Origin: Thermoanaerobaculia bacterium
Lineage (GTDB): Bacteria > Acidobacteriota > Thermoanaerobaculia > Multivoradales > Multivoraceae
Length of the DNA stretch: 64,000 bases
Assembly: GCA_963664405.1 (NCBI GenBank)
Contig: OY761158.1
Span: forward strand, 3,872,001 to 3,936,000
Reading direction: 5' to 3'
The notes under the pieces are model-generated. The model ran no database searches and had not been told where the DNA came from. It saw only the letters and a program-made list of their open reading frames with translations. Positions 30,089 to 40,372 of the stretch are shown here, piece after piece (positions within the stretch are counted from its first letter, which is position 1; each line of letters starts with the position of its first letter). The translations under genes and the position numbers were made by a program.

Positions 30089-31528
30089 GTGTCTCATCTC
30101 GCCGCCGACGAGCCGCTATGGCTCGAGACGGTGGTGCTCGAGGAATTCCAGCCGGCGCAGGGCCTGGCCTTTCGCAGCCGGCTTCCGAGTGGGTCGGACT
30201 CGCGATGGAGTCCTCGCTTCACGACCGTCTTCGAGGACGGTAAGCCTCTCGAAAGGGTCAGTCGGCCGGCCGTTCAGAGAGCACCTGGCGCTTTCGCGAT
30301 CGGCAAGGTAGCGTTTTTGAGCCCCAGCGATCGATCCGATCCGAGGTCGAGCAGCCGGGTCTACGAGGCTCGTCTGCCCGGACGTATCTCGTCCGCCATT
30401 GCCACGTCTCTGGTCTTCCTGTTCTTCGGGCTGCACGTCGCGGTCGTTCTCCTCTTTCTGCCCTCCTTGCTGCGCCACCGCCCTTCGGCGCCCGCACTTC
30501 TCTTCGTCGGACTGGCCCTCGCGGGCTTCGCCATCACGCGCGGCGTCGCTGATCGGCTGCCGCTGACGGCGGGCACGGACCTCCTCGGCGAGCGCTTGGA
30601 CCGCATTCGCGACGACAAGGACGCCTTCGATGCCCTCTTTCTCGGCTCCAGCCGCGTCTACCGTCAGCTCGACCCTCGCGTGTTCGACGAGGTGTTCGCG
30701 GAGCGCGGGGAGACGATGAGATCGTTCAATCTGGGTACACCTGGCACCCGCATGTTCGAGGTTCTCGACACTGCCCGCTGGGTGCTCGCGCTGCGACCCA
30801 AGCGCCTACGTCTACTGGTGGTCGATTGCAGCAGCGATCCGATGCGCGTCGAGCGGGAGAACCTGCAGACCGCCAGAGTCATTCGTTACCACGGCGTCCG
30901 CAATACGGTCATCTTTCTTCGTGCGATTGCGGCTTCTCGTGACAGCCCCGCGGAGAAACTGGTCGAAGCGGGCCGGCATCTGTTTCCGGCGGCCTTGCAG
31001 ATTGGCAACGTAGGGCGGGGTCTCGGTTGGGTCGCTTCGGCTACCGGCGAGCGCAGCCCCTTCGTTCCGGCGCGGAATCAAGGCTACTTTTCGCTAGATG
31101 AGCAGTTCCGGCAGCCCGACCGACAACGCTACGAAGCCCTCGAGCTCAGCAAACGATACCAAGATCTGCACTCGGATCTAGAGCACTACGGCGAACTGGT
31201 GCGGCGGCTGCCCGGTCGACAAAAGAGGCGGCCGAAGCTCGACGAGCTCGAGATCGCGCTCTTTCGCACCCTCCAGGAAGAAGCCGGGAACGAGGGAGTC
31301 CGCGTTGTCTTCCTGATCGATCCTCGAGTCCTGCCGCGACACGATCTCGTAGCCGCCTTCGAGCTCGGTGCCGTCGAGAGCCTGCTGCGCTTCGACAACC
31401 CTGAGCGCTTCCCCGCTCTCTACGAACCCTCGAACCGCTTCGACATTCACCATCTGAACGAGCGCACTGCACAGATCTACACCCGCCTCGTGGCCGAGAG
31501 CCTCCTAGAGCTGGAGGAGTCGAGATGA
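30089..31528 (+). CDS. Membrane-anchored SGNH-like protein (DltD/AlgJ-like partner of the MBOAT)
   Basis: Two TM segments, FLGSSR, FNLGTPG, FDIHHLN (DxxH); stop overlaps the MBOAT start; own start uncertain. Confidence 0.65.
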   Translation: MSHLAADEPLWLETVVLEEFQPAQGLAFRSRLPSGSDSRWSPRFTTVFEDGKPLERVSRPAVQRAPGAFAIGKVAFLSPSDRSDPRSSSRVYEARLPGRISSAIATSLVFLFFGLHVAVVLLFLPSLLRHRPSAPALLFVGLALAGFAITRGVADRLPLTAGTDLLGERLDRIRDDKDAFDALFLGSSRVYRQLDPRVFDEVFAERGETMRSFNLGTPGTRMFEVLDTARWVLALRPKRLRLLVVDCSSDPMRVERENLQTARVIRYHGVRNTVIFLRAIAASRDSPAEKLVEAGRHLFPAALQIGNVGRGLGWVASATGERSPFVPARNQGYFSLDEQFRQPDRQRYEALELSKRYQDLHSDLEHYGELVRRLPGRQKRRPKLDELEIALFRTLQEEAGNEGVRVVFLIDPRVLPRHDLVAAFELGAVESLLRFDNPERFPALYEPSNRFDIHHLNERTAQIYTRLVAESLLELEESR

Positions 31529-32919
31529 TCTTCACCGAATTTCGTTTCCTCTTTTTCTTCGTTGCCGTCTTCGTCGTCTACTGGACTCTGACCTCGCTGC
31601 CGGCCAGGAAGCTCTGGCTGCTGATCGCGAGCTACACCTTCTATGGCGCCTGGGACTGGCGCTTTCTGTCGCTGATCGTGCTCTCGACGCTGGTCGACTA
31701 CTGCGCCGGTTTGCAGATGGCGAAAGACAGACCCGCTGGAGGTCGCCGCTTCTGGCTGATCGCCAGTCTGGTCACCAACCTCGGCATGCTCGGTTTCTTC
31801 AAGTACTTCGGTTTCTTCCTCGATTCGACGGAATCGTTCCTCGACTTCCTCGGTCTGTCGCTCTCGCGGCCGAGCTTGACCGTCATTCTGCCGGTGGGCA
31901 TCAGCTTCTTCACCTTTCAGACCATGAGCTACTCGATCGACGTATACCGACGCCGACTGCAGGCGACCCGCAGCCTGCTCGATCTAGCGCTCTTCGTAGC
32001 CTTTTTTCCGCAGCTCGTCGCCGGACCCATCGTGCGCGCCGCTGCCTTTCTTCCCCAGCTTCGTCGGCCCGCGATGCTGAGCCGGGTCCACTTCCGGCCG
32101 CTTCTCGGACTCTTCCTGGTCGGCTTCATCAAGAAGGCGTGCATCTCCGACAACGTGGCGACGGCGGTCGACCCGTACTTCGCCGATCCGGCGCAATTCA
32201 CCGCCGCCGCGGCATGGCTCGCGATCCTTCTCTACGCCGTTCAGATTTACTGTGACTTCTCCGGCTACTCCGATATGGCGATCGCCTGTGCCGGCCTTCT
32301 AGGTTTCGAGTTGGGCCTCAACTTCGATGCCCCCTATCTCGCCCGGAACCTCCGCCAGTTCTGGCGCAGGTGGCACATCAGCCTCTCGAGCTGGCTGCGC
32401 GACTACCTCTACATACCGCTCGGCGGGAGCCGGGGTAGCGGTTTGTTCACCGCGCGCAACATCTTGCTGACCATGGCTCTGGGAGGGCTGTGGCATGGCG
32501 CCGCGTGGCGCTTCATCGTCTGGGGCCTAATTCACGGAGGCGGGCTCCTCGTCCACCGCCAGTTGTTCGGTACTCGCGACGGGGAGTCGAGCGGAGTCGT
32601 ACGCTGGGCGTCCACGGCCCTCACCTTTTACTGGACTTGCCTGGCCTGGATCTTCTTCCGGGCTCCAAGCATGAGCGATGCATTGCAGATTTGCCGCTCC
32701 TACTTATTCTTCGACAGCCCGGGCTCGACGACGATCGATCCGGCATGGTGGCTGCTCCTCGCCGCCCTGGCGGTCGCTCAGATCGTCGCCCGCAGGATCC
32801 CGCGCTGGTACGCGACAGTACCCGCCTGGAGCTTCAGCCTCGGCTATGGCGCGACCGTCGCCACAGCACTGCTCTTCGTGCGCTTCGAAGCACAGCCTTT
32901 CATCTACTTCCAGTTCTAG
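31525..32919 (+). CDS. MBOAT family O-acyltransferase (AlgI/DltB-like)
   Basis: LPVGISFFTFQ, FFPQLVAGPI, DFSGYSDMA, FWRRWHISLSSWLRDYLYIPLGG, GLWHGA, PFIYFQF. Confidence 0.95.
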   Translation: MIFTEFRFLFFFVAVFVVYWTLTSLPARKLWLLIASYTFYGAWDWRFLSLIVLSTLVDYCAGLQMAKDRPAGGRRFWLIASLVTNLGMLGFFKYFGFFLDSTESFLDFLGLSLSRPSLTVILPVGISFFTFQTMSYSIDVYRRRLQATRSLLDLALFVAFFPQLVAGPIVRAAAFLPQLRRPAMLSRVHFRPLLGLFLVGFIKKACISDNVATAVDPYFADPAQFTAAAAWLAILLYAVQIYCDFSGYSDMAIACAGLLGFELGLNFDAPYLARNLRQFWRRWHISLSSWLRDYLYIPLGGSRGSGLFTARNILLTMALGGLWHGAAWRFIVWGLIHGGGLLVHRQLFGTRDGESSGVVRWASTALTFYWTCLAWIFFRAPSMSDALQICRSYLFFDSPGSTTIDPAWWLLLAALAVAQIVARRIPRWYATVPAWSFSLGYGATVATALLFVRFEAQPFIYFQF

Positions 32920-32953
32920 CGGCGCCGACAACAGTGCGACTGTGGTCGCCGAT

Positions 32954-33646
32954 TCAGAACTCCTTCCAGTTCTTCACCGCCACGCACTGGGGAATTTCCG
33001 CCACCGGCACCACGCCGCCGGCTGCCGTGTTCACCGCGACGCGGAAGCCGAAGCTGCCGAAGCGGCAGGTGGATGGGTAGAGACCCTTCAAGCTGCTCCG
33101 GATGTTCTGCATCTCGGGGGTGTCGAAGGGGTCCACTCCGCTGGTGGTGGACCTCGTCTTCCCGGGGCAGGGACTGTCGTCATGACCCCAGCTGTAGTTG
33201 TCTGGATGGTTGCCGTCCGGCCCGGCGCGGCCGCAGGTTTCCGGGTCGATCTCCGGATCGACGTCGAACTCGAAGCCATACAAGCCGTCGAGCTTGCCGC
33301 CATCGAGGCCGTAGATCTGGAGCAGGAGGTATATCCAGGTCTCGTCCTGCCCGGCCATGGCGTAGACGACGTCGAGATCGGGCCTGAAGACGGACCCCGC
33401 CTGAAAGGGTCGCTCCCAGAAGTCGTTGAGCCAGTCATCGCAATATATCCCGGCTATCGCGGTGCCGTCGGCGAGCTTCTCGTCGACGATGTCGGGCTGG
33501 TCGCACATGCCGTCGGGCAGCTCCGGGCAGCTTTGGCTAGAGGAGTAATGGTCGCCGGTGACGCAGTCGTAGCGGATCTGGGTGATCTCCTAGGCGGCCG
33601 GCGTGCACTTCGGGGGCCGAGCGGTCTTGTACACTGCCGTAACCAT
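32954..33646 (-). pseudogene. Cys/acidic-rich hypothetical ORF with an in-frame TAG (possible gene remnant)
   Basis: Track ORF 32954-33508 continues upstream in frame (EITQIRYDCVTGDHY...) to TAG at 33590-33592, then to ATG 33646. Confidence 0.4.
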
Positions 33647-33660
33647 CGGAGGAACCAGGC

Positions 33661-34722
33661 TTGAAACAATTCACCAAATCACTGGCGACGATCGCTCTTC
33701 TGGTTGTCGCCAACCCTGGCTTCGCAGCCGAGGACGACGCTATTCGGCGCACCGCAAGCGGGCGCCCCGACTTGACGGGCAACTACGACGCCGCCACGTT
33801 GACGCCGCTCTCGCGTCCGGAGAAGTATGGCGACAACCTCTATTTGAGCCGCGAGGAAGCCGCGAAGATCGAGGCGGAGGAGGCCTCGGTGATCGAGTCA
33901 CGATCCCTGGCCAGCGATCCGAATCGCGAGCCGCCGCCGGAGGGTGGCGACGGATCTTCGGGAGGCGCCGGCAACGTCGGTGGTTACAACACTTTCTGGA
34001 TCGACCGGGGGAGCGATGCCTTCGCGGTGGAGGGAAAGTTTCGTACTTCGATCCTCGTCGATCCGCCCAACGGGCGCATTCCTCCAAAGACCGAGGCGGC
34101 GGCCAAACGCGCGCAAGAGCGCCCGAGACGTCGCGCCAACGATGGCACTCCTTGGTGGCTCGAAAATGACGGCCCCGGTCCCTACGACGGTCCTGAGTCT
34201 CTAGGCATCCCCGAGCGTTGCATCGTGGGATTCACCGGCGCGACGCCAACATTCCCCAGCCTCTACAACAATTACAAGAGCATCGTGCAGACCGAGGATT
34301 CGGTGATGATCCTGATCGAGATGGTGCACGATGCTCGCGTCGTGCGGATGAACTCCGAGCACCCGCCGGCCGAGATCAGGAAGTGGCTTGGCGATTCGAT
34401 CGGCTGGTGGGAAGGCGACACCCTGGTTGTCGACACCACCAACCTCCATCCCAAGGCCGTTCTCCGTGGCGGCTCCGAGAACATGCACGTCGTCGAGCAC
34501 TTCACCAAGCTCGCGGACGGCAATGTGCTCTACCGTTTCACCCTGGAGGACGACACAGTGTGGACCGCGCCCTGGACCGGCGAGTACATATGGCGCGCGA
34601 GCGAGAACAAGGTGTACGAGTACGCTTGCCACGAGGGCAACTACTCGATGGGGAACATTCTGCGCGGGGCCCGATTGCTCGAAGCCGAGACGCTGGGAAA
34701 GGTCGGCTCGACCGGCGAGTGA
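33661..34722 (+). CDS. Conserved-type secreted hypothetical protein
   Basis: Signal peptide; GRPDLTG, DPPNGRIP, WLGDSIGWWEGDTLVVDT, YEYACHEGN. Confidence 0.8.
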   Translation: MKQFTKSLATIALLVVANPGFAAEDDAIRRTASGRPDLTGNYDAATLTPLSRPEKYGDNLYLSREEAAKIEAEEASVIESRSLASDPNREPPPEGGDGSSGGAGNVGGYNTFWIDRGSDAFAVEGKFRTSILVDPPNGRIPPKTEAAAKRAQERPRRRANDGTPWWLENDGPGPYDGPESLGIPERCIVGFTGATPTFPSLYNNYKSIVQTEDSVMILIEMVHDARVVRMNSEHPPAEIRKWLGDSIGWWEGDTLVVDTTNLHPKAVLRGGSENMHVVEHFTKLADGNVLYRFTLEDDTVWTAPWTGEYIWRASENKVYEYACHEGNYSMGNILRGARLLEAETLGKVGSTGE

Positions 34723-34761
34723 GAGATCGCCTCAGACTTCGACTTCGTCCGCTCGCGATAG

Positions 34762-34894
34762 CTAGGGAGCGTGTCCGAGTATTCGTCCTGAGCCGTTTCT
34801 CGGAGCGAATAGGAAGCAACGCCTGAGTGCGCCGTCCTCGGCGCCAAAAGACAACTAGGCGGAGGAAATGATAGCCATCATTTCTGGAGCCTAG
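34762..34894 (-). repeat. Repeat family A, copy 3
   Basis: CTAGGGAGCGTGTCCGAGTATTCG...CATTTCTGGAGCCTAG; the right CTAG is the stop of the ABC-2 permease. Confidence 0.9.
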
Positions 34895-35664
34895 CTCAAG
34901 AGCTTCTCGCGACGTTCCATCCGACGAAGCGCCAGAAACAAGAGCATCGCGCCTCCGCTGAGGACCGACAGCCGGTTGATCAGGATCTTTTCCAGCCACA
35001 GCGGATCGTCGCTCGTCGAGGCGATCTCGAAGGGTTTTAGAAAGAGGTCGTAGCTCGTGCCCTGTAGCGTTCCGTAGGTGATCATGACGAGGATCACGAA
35101 CCCCAATGCCAGCATGCCGGCGGCGTTGGCGCTGCGGGTGAGCACAGAGAAGAAGAAGGTCAGACTGGCGACCAGAAACGCAGGCACGAAGGCGTTGAGA
35201 CCGCCCCAGACGAACGGAAACTCGGCGAAGAAAAAGTACGAGATTGTGCTCATGGTCATGAGTGTGACGAAGAGAACCGCAACAACCGCTAGCAGCCGCA
35301 CCGACCACACCAGATAGTGCGAGCTCGCGGTGCTGAAGAGCACTTCGAGGGTGTTCGAATCACGCTCTTTCGGGACCAGATCCATGACCAGGTAGATGCC
35401 GAGAATCGTTCCAGGCAGCTCGACCAGAATGAAGAGCGCTTGCTCGACACCGAAGCCGGAGCCCGGCTGGTAGACCGCGAACGCGTAGAGAATGGCGTAG
35501 TAGGTGACGATCCCGGCGGCCATGAAGAGCAGCTTGCGCCGAAATACGACCCGGCCGGAGAGGCGAAACAGCGCCGCCAGGCTTCCCAGTAGCTGTCCCC
35601 AGCTCAGCTGCGCGGTCGGCGCTTCGGCGTCGCGCAGGCCTGTAGCCGGTTCGAGTCTGCTCAT
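34891..35664 (-). CDS. ABC-2-type permease
   Basis: About 6 TM segments; ERDSNTLEVLFST coupling-helix-like motif; start overlaps the stop of the upstream ATPase domain. Confidence 0.8.
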   Translation of the reverse strand: MSRLEPATGLRDAEAPTAQLSWGQLLGSLAALFRLSGRVVFRRKLLFMAAGIVTYYAILYAFAVYQPGSGFGVEQALFILVELPGTILGIYLVMDLVPKERDSNTLEVLFSTASSHYLVWSVRLLAVVAVLFVTLMTMSTISYFFFAEFPFVWGGLNAFVPAFLVASLTFFFSVLTRSANAAGMLALGFVILVMITYGTLQGTSYDLFLKPFEIASTSDDPLWLEKILINRLSVLSGGAMLLFLALRRMERREKLLS

Positions 35665-38600
35665 GCCGCCCTCCGGTGCTCGCCGAGGAGATAGATGTAG
35701 GCATCTTCGAGGGTCGGCTCGACGTCGACCGCTGTGAAGTCTGGTGGTGACTCGGTTACCAGAAATCTGACCCGGATGCCGGCGGGTGTCCTCAGGTGGG
35801 TGATGATGTCGAGGTCAGCCTCGACCTGATGGAAGACTTCGTCGTCCAGCACCGCTTCCCACACCTTCCCCTGTGCCTGCACCCGCATCGCGTCGGGAGA
35901 TCCGGTGTAGATGCAGCGCCCACTGTTGATGACCGCGAGTCGGTTGCAGCTGCCGGCGATGTTCTCGACGATGTGGGTGGAGAAGATCACGATGCGGTCT
36001 TTGCTCAGACGGGCCAGGAGGTTGCGGAAGCGAATTCTCTCGACCGGGTCCAGGCCCGCCGTCGGCTCGTCCACGATCATGATCTGCGGCATATGCAACA
36101 GCATCTGGGCGATCCCGATGCGCTGCTTCATGCCCCCCGAGTAGGTGCCGATCAGGTCGTCCTTGCGGTCGAGCAGGTTGACCTGCTCCAAGCAGGCCAA
36201 GACCCTCTCCTCACGCTCGGCTTTGTGTTTGAACCCCTCGAGCAGACCCCTGTATTGGAGGTAGTCGTAGCCGCTCATGTTGTCGTAGGTGCCGAAGTGC
36301 TGAGGCAGATAGCCGATCAATCCCTGTACCTGCTGGTGCCTGGCGAGGTTGACCCCGTTCACCGACACCGAGCCGAAGGTCGGCTCGAGCACCTGGCAGA
36401 GGATCCGCATCAGGGTCGTTTTGCCGGCCCCGTTAGGGCCCAGGAGACCGAACATTCCACGACCGATCTCCAGGTTGACCCCGGCCAGAGCCGTAAAGGT
36501 GGCTTTCTTGGCGCCGAGGATGGGTACGGCTGCGGCAACGCGGTAGACCGGTCCTCGCAACCAGCGCGACCTTCCACTCATTCGGTCGATGTCGACGACG
36601 CCGGATTCGACTCGACCGGCCAACCATCGAATCCATCGCAGGGCAACGAAGGTGAGCGCCGTGGCGATCGTCACCGAGGGGAGCTCGAGTCGCTGCTGGA
36701 TGTAGACCAGAAGGAGCGCCAGGAAGAAGTAGCGGATGCCGAGGGTTATGGCCTTCGGCGCCGGCGACCCCATCAGCAGGCCCAGGGAGTGGGTGAGGTG
36801 AACCAGCAACCCCCAGGTGGCTGCGGAGATGACATAGAGCCACAGTGGGTCGACGAGGTAGGTGTGAAGAAAGATCAACAACGCCAGCAACGGAGACTTC
36901 CACAGCAGGCCGTCTTTCACCGAGCGCCGATCGAGAGGGTCGATCCCGGCGTCGATCAGTTGCTTGGTGCGGCGCTCGAAGCGGCCCCATTCGAGGCGAA
37001 GGCGCCCCGGAGCGCCGTAAGTCTTGGTCAGGGTGTTCAGCGATATCGAGTCCACCGGCGGACGGTCGCGGCGGGCGAGGGCGCGAGCGTGATGGGCGCA
37101 CTCGACAGTCCAGACCGCCGTCAGAGCGAGGAGCCATATCGGCACCGCCGCGAGACAGGTCCAGAAGTAGCTTTCGTAGCGAAGCTGCACTCCAGCCATC
37201 GCGATCGCTGTGGCGCCCGTCGCCAGGCCGACTCCCAGCCATCCGAGGCTGCGGAGCCAGTGGCGGACCTGGTCGATGCCCAGGTAGGCGACCGGAACGA
37301 AGATCAGCGTCGAGACCATCGACACCGCGAGGCCACCGACGACGGTGATGGCGAAGGGCGGCCAGATCTCGAAGTCGCCGCCGAGCGCAAGAGTGAGGGG
37401 GAAGATGCCAAGCAGGGTCGTCGCCGAGGTCATCAGGATGGGCCGAACGCGGGAGCGCCCGGCAGCGAGGACGGCGCGCTCGCGGCGGAAGCCGCGCTGG
37501 CGAAGGCCGGTGACGGCGTCGATCAGAATGATCCCGTTGTTTACGGCGATGCCGATCAGCACCACGAAGCCGAGAAGAGCCATCGGACCAGCCTCGGAGG
37601 TCAGCCCGGTGCCGGTCAGAAGCAGGGCCAGGCACGAGCCGATGACGGCGGTGGGCAGGGTGCAGAAGATGACGATCGGAGAGGCGAAGGACTCGAACAA
37701 GGCGGCGAGGATCATGTAGACCAAGAGAGCGGCGATCCCCATCATCCAGTAGTAGATGGTGTCGACCTCTCCCTCGACGATCTCCGCCGTATAGCCGGGG
37801 GGTAGGACCATGTCGGCGACGAGTAGGCGAACCAGATCGCGAGCCGCGTCGACCCGCGGCTGAGAATCGAGCACTTCGCTGGTGAAGCGATAGGTCAGCA
37901 CCACCCGCCGCGACTGATTGGTGCGCAGGATGGTGTTGCGGCCTTCGTCGGTCCTCACCCTCGCCACTTCTTCAATCGGGGTGAGCTCCCCGGCCGGGTC
38001 AGGATCGGGAGCCGTCGAAGATCGTCTAGGCCGATCGTGTTGTCTTCGAGGTCCTCGATGTAGGTGACCTGGATCGGCGTCTCGGTGCCGTCCGCCTCAA
38101 GGAAGTTGCTCGCGGTCTGGGCTCCGAGTGGGTTCGCCTGGGTGATCGCAGCTAGCACAGTCTCGACCTGGAGGCGGCGGTCGAACATCGCGATCGGGTC
38201 CGGAATCACTTGAACTTCCGGACCTGCGCGGGCCAGATCGATCGAGATCGAGCCCGCATCGACCTCGCCATCGATGAGCTCGAGGCGATACTGAAGATCA
38301 TCGGCGATCATCTGCAGGGTCGCGAGATCGTTGCCGCGGATCACCAGACTCTCTGACGCGGGACCTTGGCCGAGAGTGAAGCCGCCGGTTGTACTCGCGC
38401 CTCCCCGCGATCCACCCGCAGCGCGCCCGCCCCGGCCGCCGCCACCGCCACGACCGGCCGTGGCCGCCGGATCGTAGCCGACATCGCCGCTCTCGATCGC
38501 ACTGAGGGCGTCCTCGAGGGAGTCCTGAATGGCCTCCACGGTGCCGCGCTCAGGGGCGAGAGAGCGGTCGACGAGCTTGACCTCGACGGTCCCCTGGGCT

Positions 38601-40372
38601 TCCTCGACGTTGGTGGTGAATCGCTCGATCTCGTCGACGTCGGTGACGACCGCCTCGACCTTCCGCACCAGCGCATCGGTCGCGTCGAGAGTCGCACCCT
38701 CGGGCAGTGACGCATAGATCGTGAAGCCACTCTCTTCCTCGAGAGACTGCTGCTGGAGGATCAGAAAGAAAGCTACGATCAAAGTGGCGATCAGCGCTGA
38801 GAAGACCCCCACCGCGATGCGCACCCGGTGGCGAAGACTGGCCTTGAGAAGGACGGTGTACATCTCGAGCAGGCGGCCGGTGCCGAGGGGCCTCGGGGCC
38901 GCTCCAGAGAGCGTCCTCGCTCCGGTCATCGGCACCAGTGTCAGCGCGACCAGCAGGGAGGCCAACAGGGGGAATGTGATGGCCAGCGCCAGCTCGCGGA
39001 TGATGTCCTGGAAGTCGCTTTGGATGAAGACCACCGGTAGGAACACCGCTATCGTCGTTGCGGTCGAGGCGACGATCGCCCGACTCACCTCCGCAGTGCC
39101 CTCGCGCGCCGCGTCGATCGGCGACTTGCCACGCTCGAAGTGCTTGAAGATCGACTCCATGACCACGATGCCGTTGTCGGCGAGCATCCCCATCGACAGC
39201 GCCAGGCCGCAGAGCGAGAGAACATTCAACGACAGATCGAAGGCATACATGAGGTTGAAGGTGATCAGCAGGGACGCCGGGATGGCGAGCAGCAGGATCC
39301 CGACGAAGCGCGCGCTGCGCAGGAAGAGGAAGAGCACGCCGAGTCCGAGAAAGACTCCGACGATCGCGGCCTGTCGCAGTGTTGCGAGCGCCTCGCGCAT
39401 CAAGGCGGCTTGATCGTCGGTGACCAGGAGCTCGATGCGCTCGACGGCGAGGTCGCGGTTGAGCCTCGCGATCGTCGCATGGAGCTCATCCGCCACCGAG
39501 ATCAGGTTGGCCTCGCTCTCCTTTTGAATGCGGATGTTGACCGCCTCGAGCCCGTTGACGCGGCTGAGGTCGGTTCGCTCCTGCAGCCCGTGCTTGATCT
39601 TGGCGATGTCGCCTAGGGTGAGCTGCCCGTCCCGACGTATCACCACCTCGCGGATCTCGGCGAGCGACTCGAACTGACCCGAGAGGCTGACGGGAAAACG
39701 CTGGTTGGCATCGAAGACACGCCCGATGTAGGTTCGCGGCACGTTGACCTCGTTGATCGCCCTCGTGATGTCGTTCATCGACAACGAGTGAGCGGCAAGC
39801 AGGTCGGGGTCGACGATGATCTCGATGTTGCTCTGTCGGCCGCCCAGCGGCATGGCGGCGGCGACGCCCTCAACCGCCTCCAGCTCCGGGCGGATCTTCT
39901 CTTCGGAGAAGTCGCGCAACCAGTTGAGGTCGCCCTCGCCGAGCACCTGGAGAGTCATCACCGCACTCGATGTGACCGAGGTGTCGAAACGCTGCACTGT
40001 GAGCTGGGTCCGCTCGGGCAGGTTGGGCAGTAACTGACCCATACGGCGACTGACTTGCAGCTCGGCGAACTTCATGTCGGTCGCGGGCTGGTAAGAGACC
40101 GTCACCGTGCCGGTTCCGAGCCGCGCCTGCGCGTCGATCTGCGCCACCCCCTCGAGCTTGCCGATCTCTTCCTCGACCGGCATCACCAGGTCTCTCTCGA
40201 CCTGCTCCGGCGACAGTGTCGGTTGAGATACAGAGACGAAGATCTGGGGAAAGACCACCTCGGGCATGAGCTCGACATCGAGGCGACCGAGCGACACCAC
40301 CCCCAGCATGCCCAGGGCGATGAAGAACATCGAGGTCGTTACTGGGCGGTCAACGGCGAGCTTGGAGATCAT
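35661..40372 (-). CDS. RND permease fused to extra TM helices and a C-terminal ABC ATPase (about 1570 aa, joined across a 1-bp frameshift)
   Basis: Track ORFs 37955-40372 (RND N-part) and 35661-37967 (RND C-part plus NBD) join if one G is added to GGG at 37996-37998, giving LPILTPAGELTPIEEVARV. NBD has GPNGAGKTT, YSGGMKQR, IVDEP and STH. Confidence 0.8.

Noticed and set aside
33590-33592. Pyrrolysine or amber recoding
   Set aside because: No pyl genes in the window, and TAG is clearly used as a stop by many genes here.
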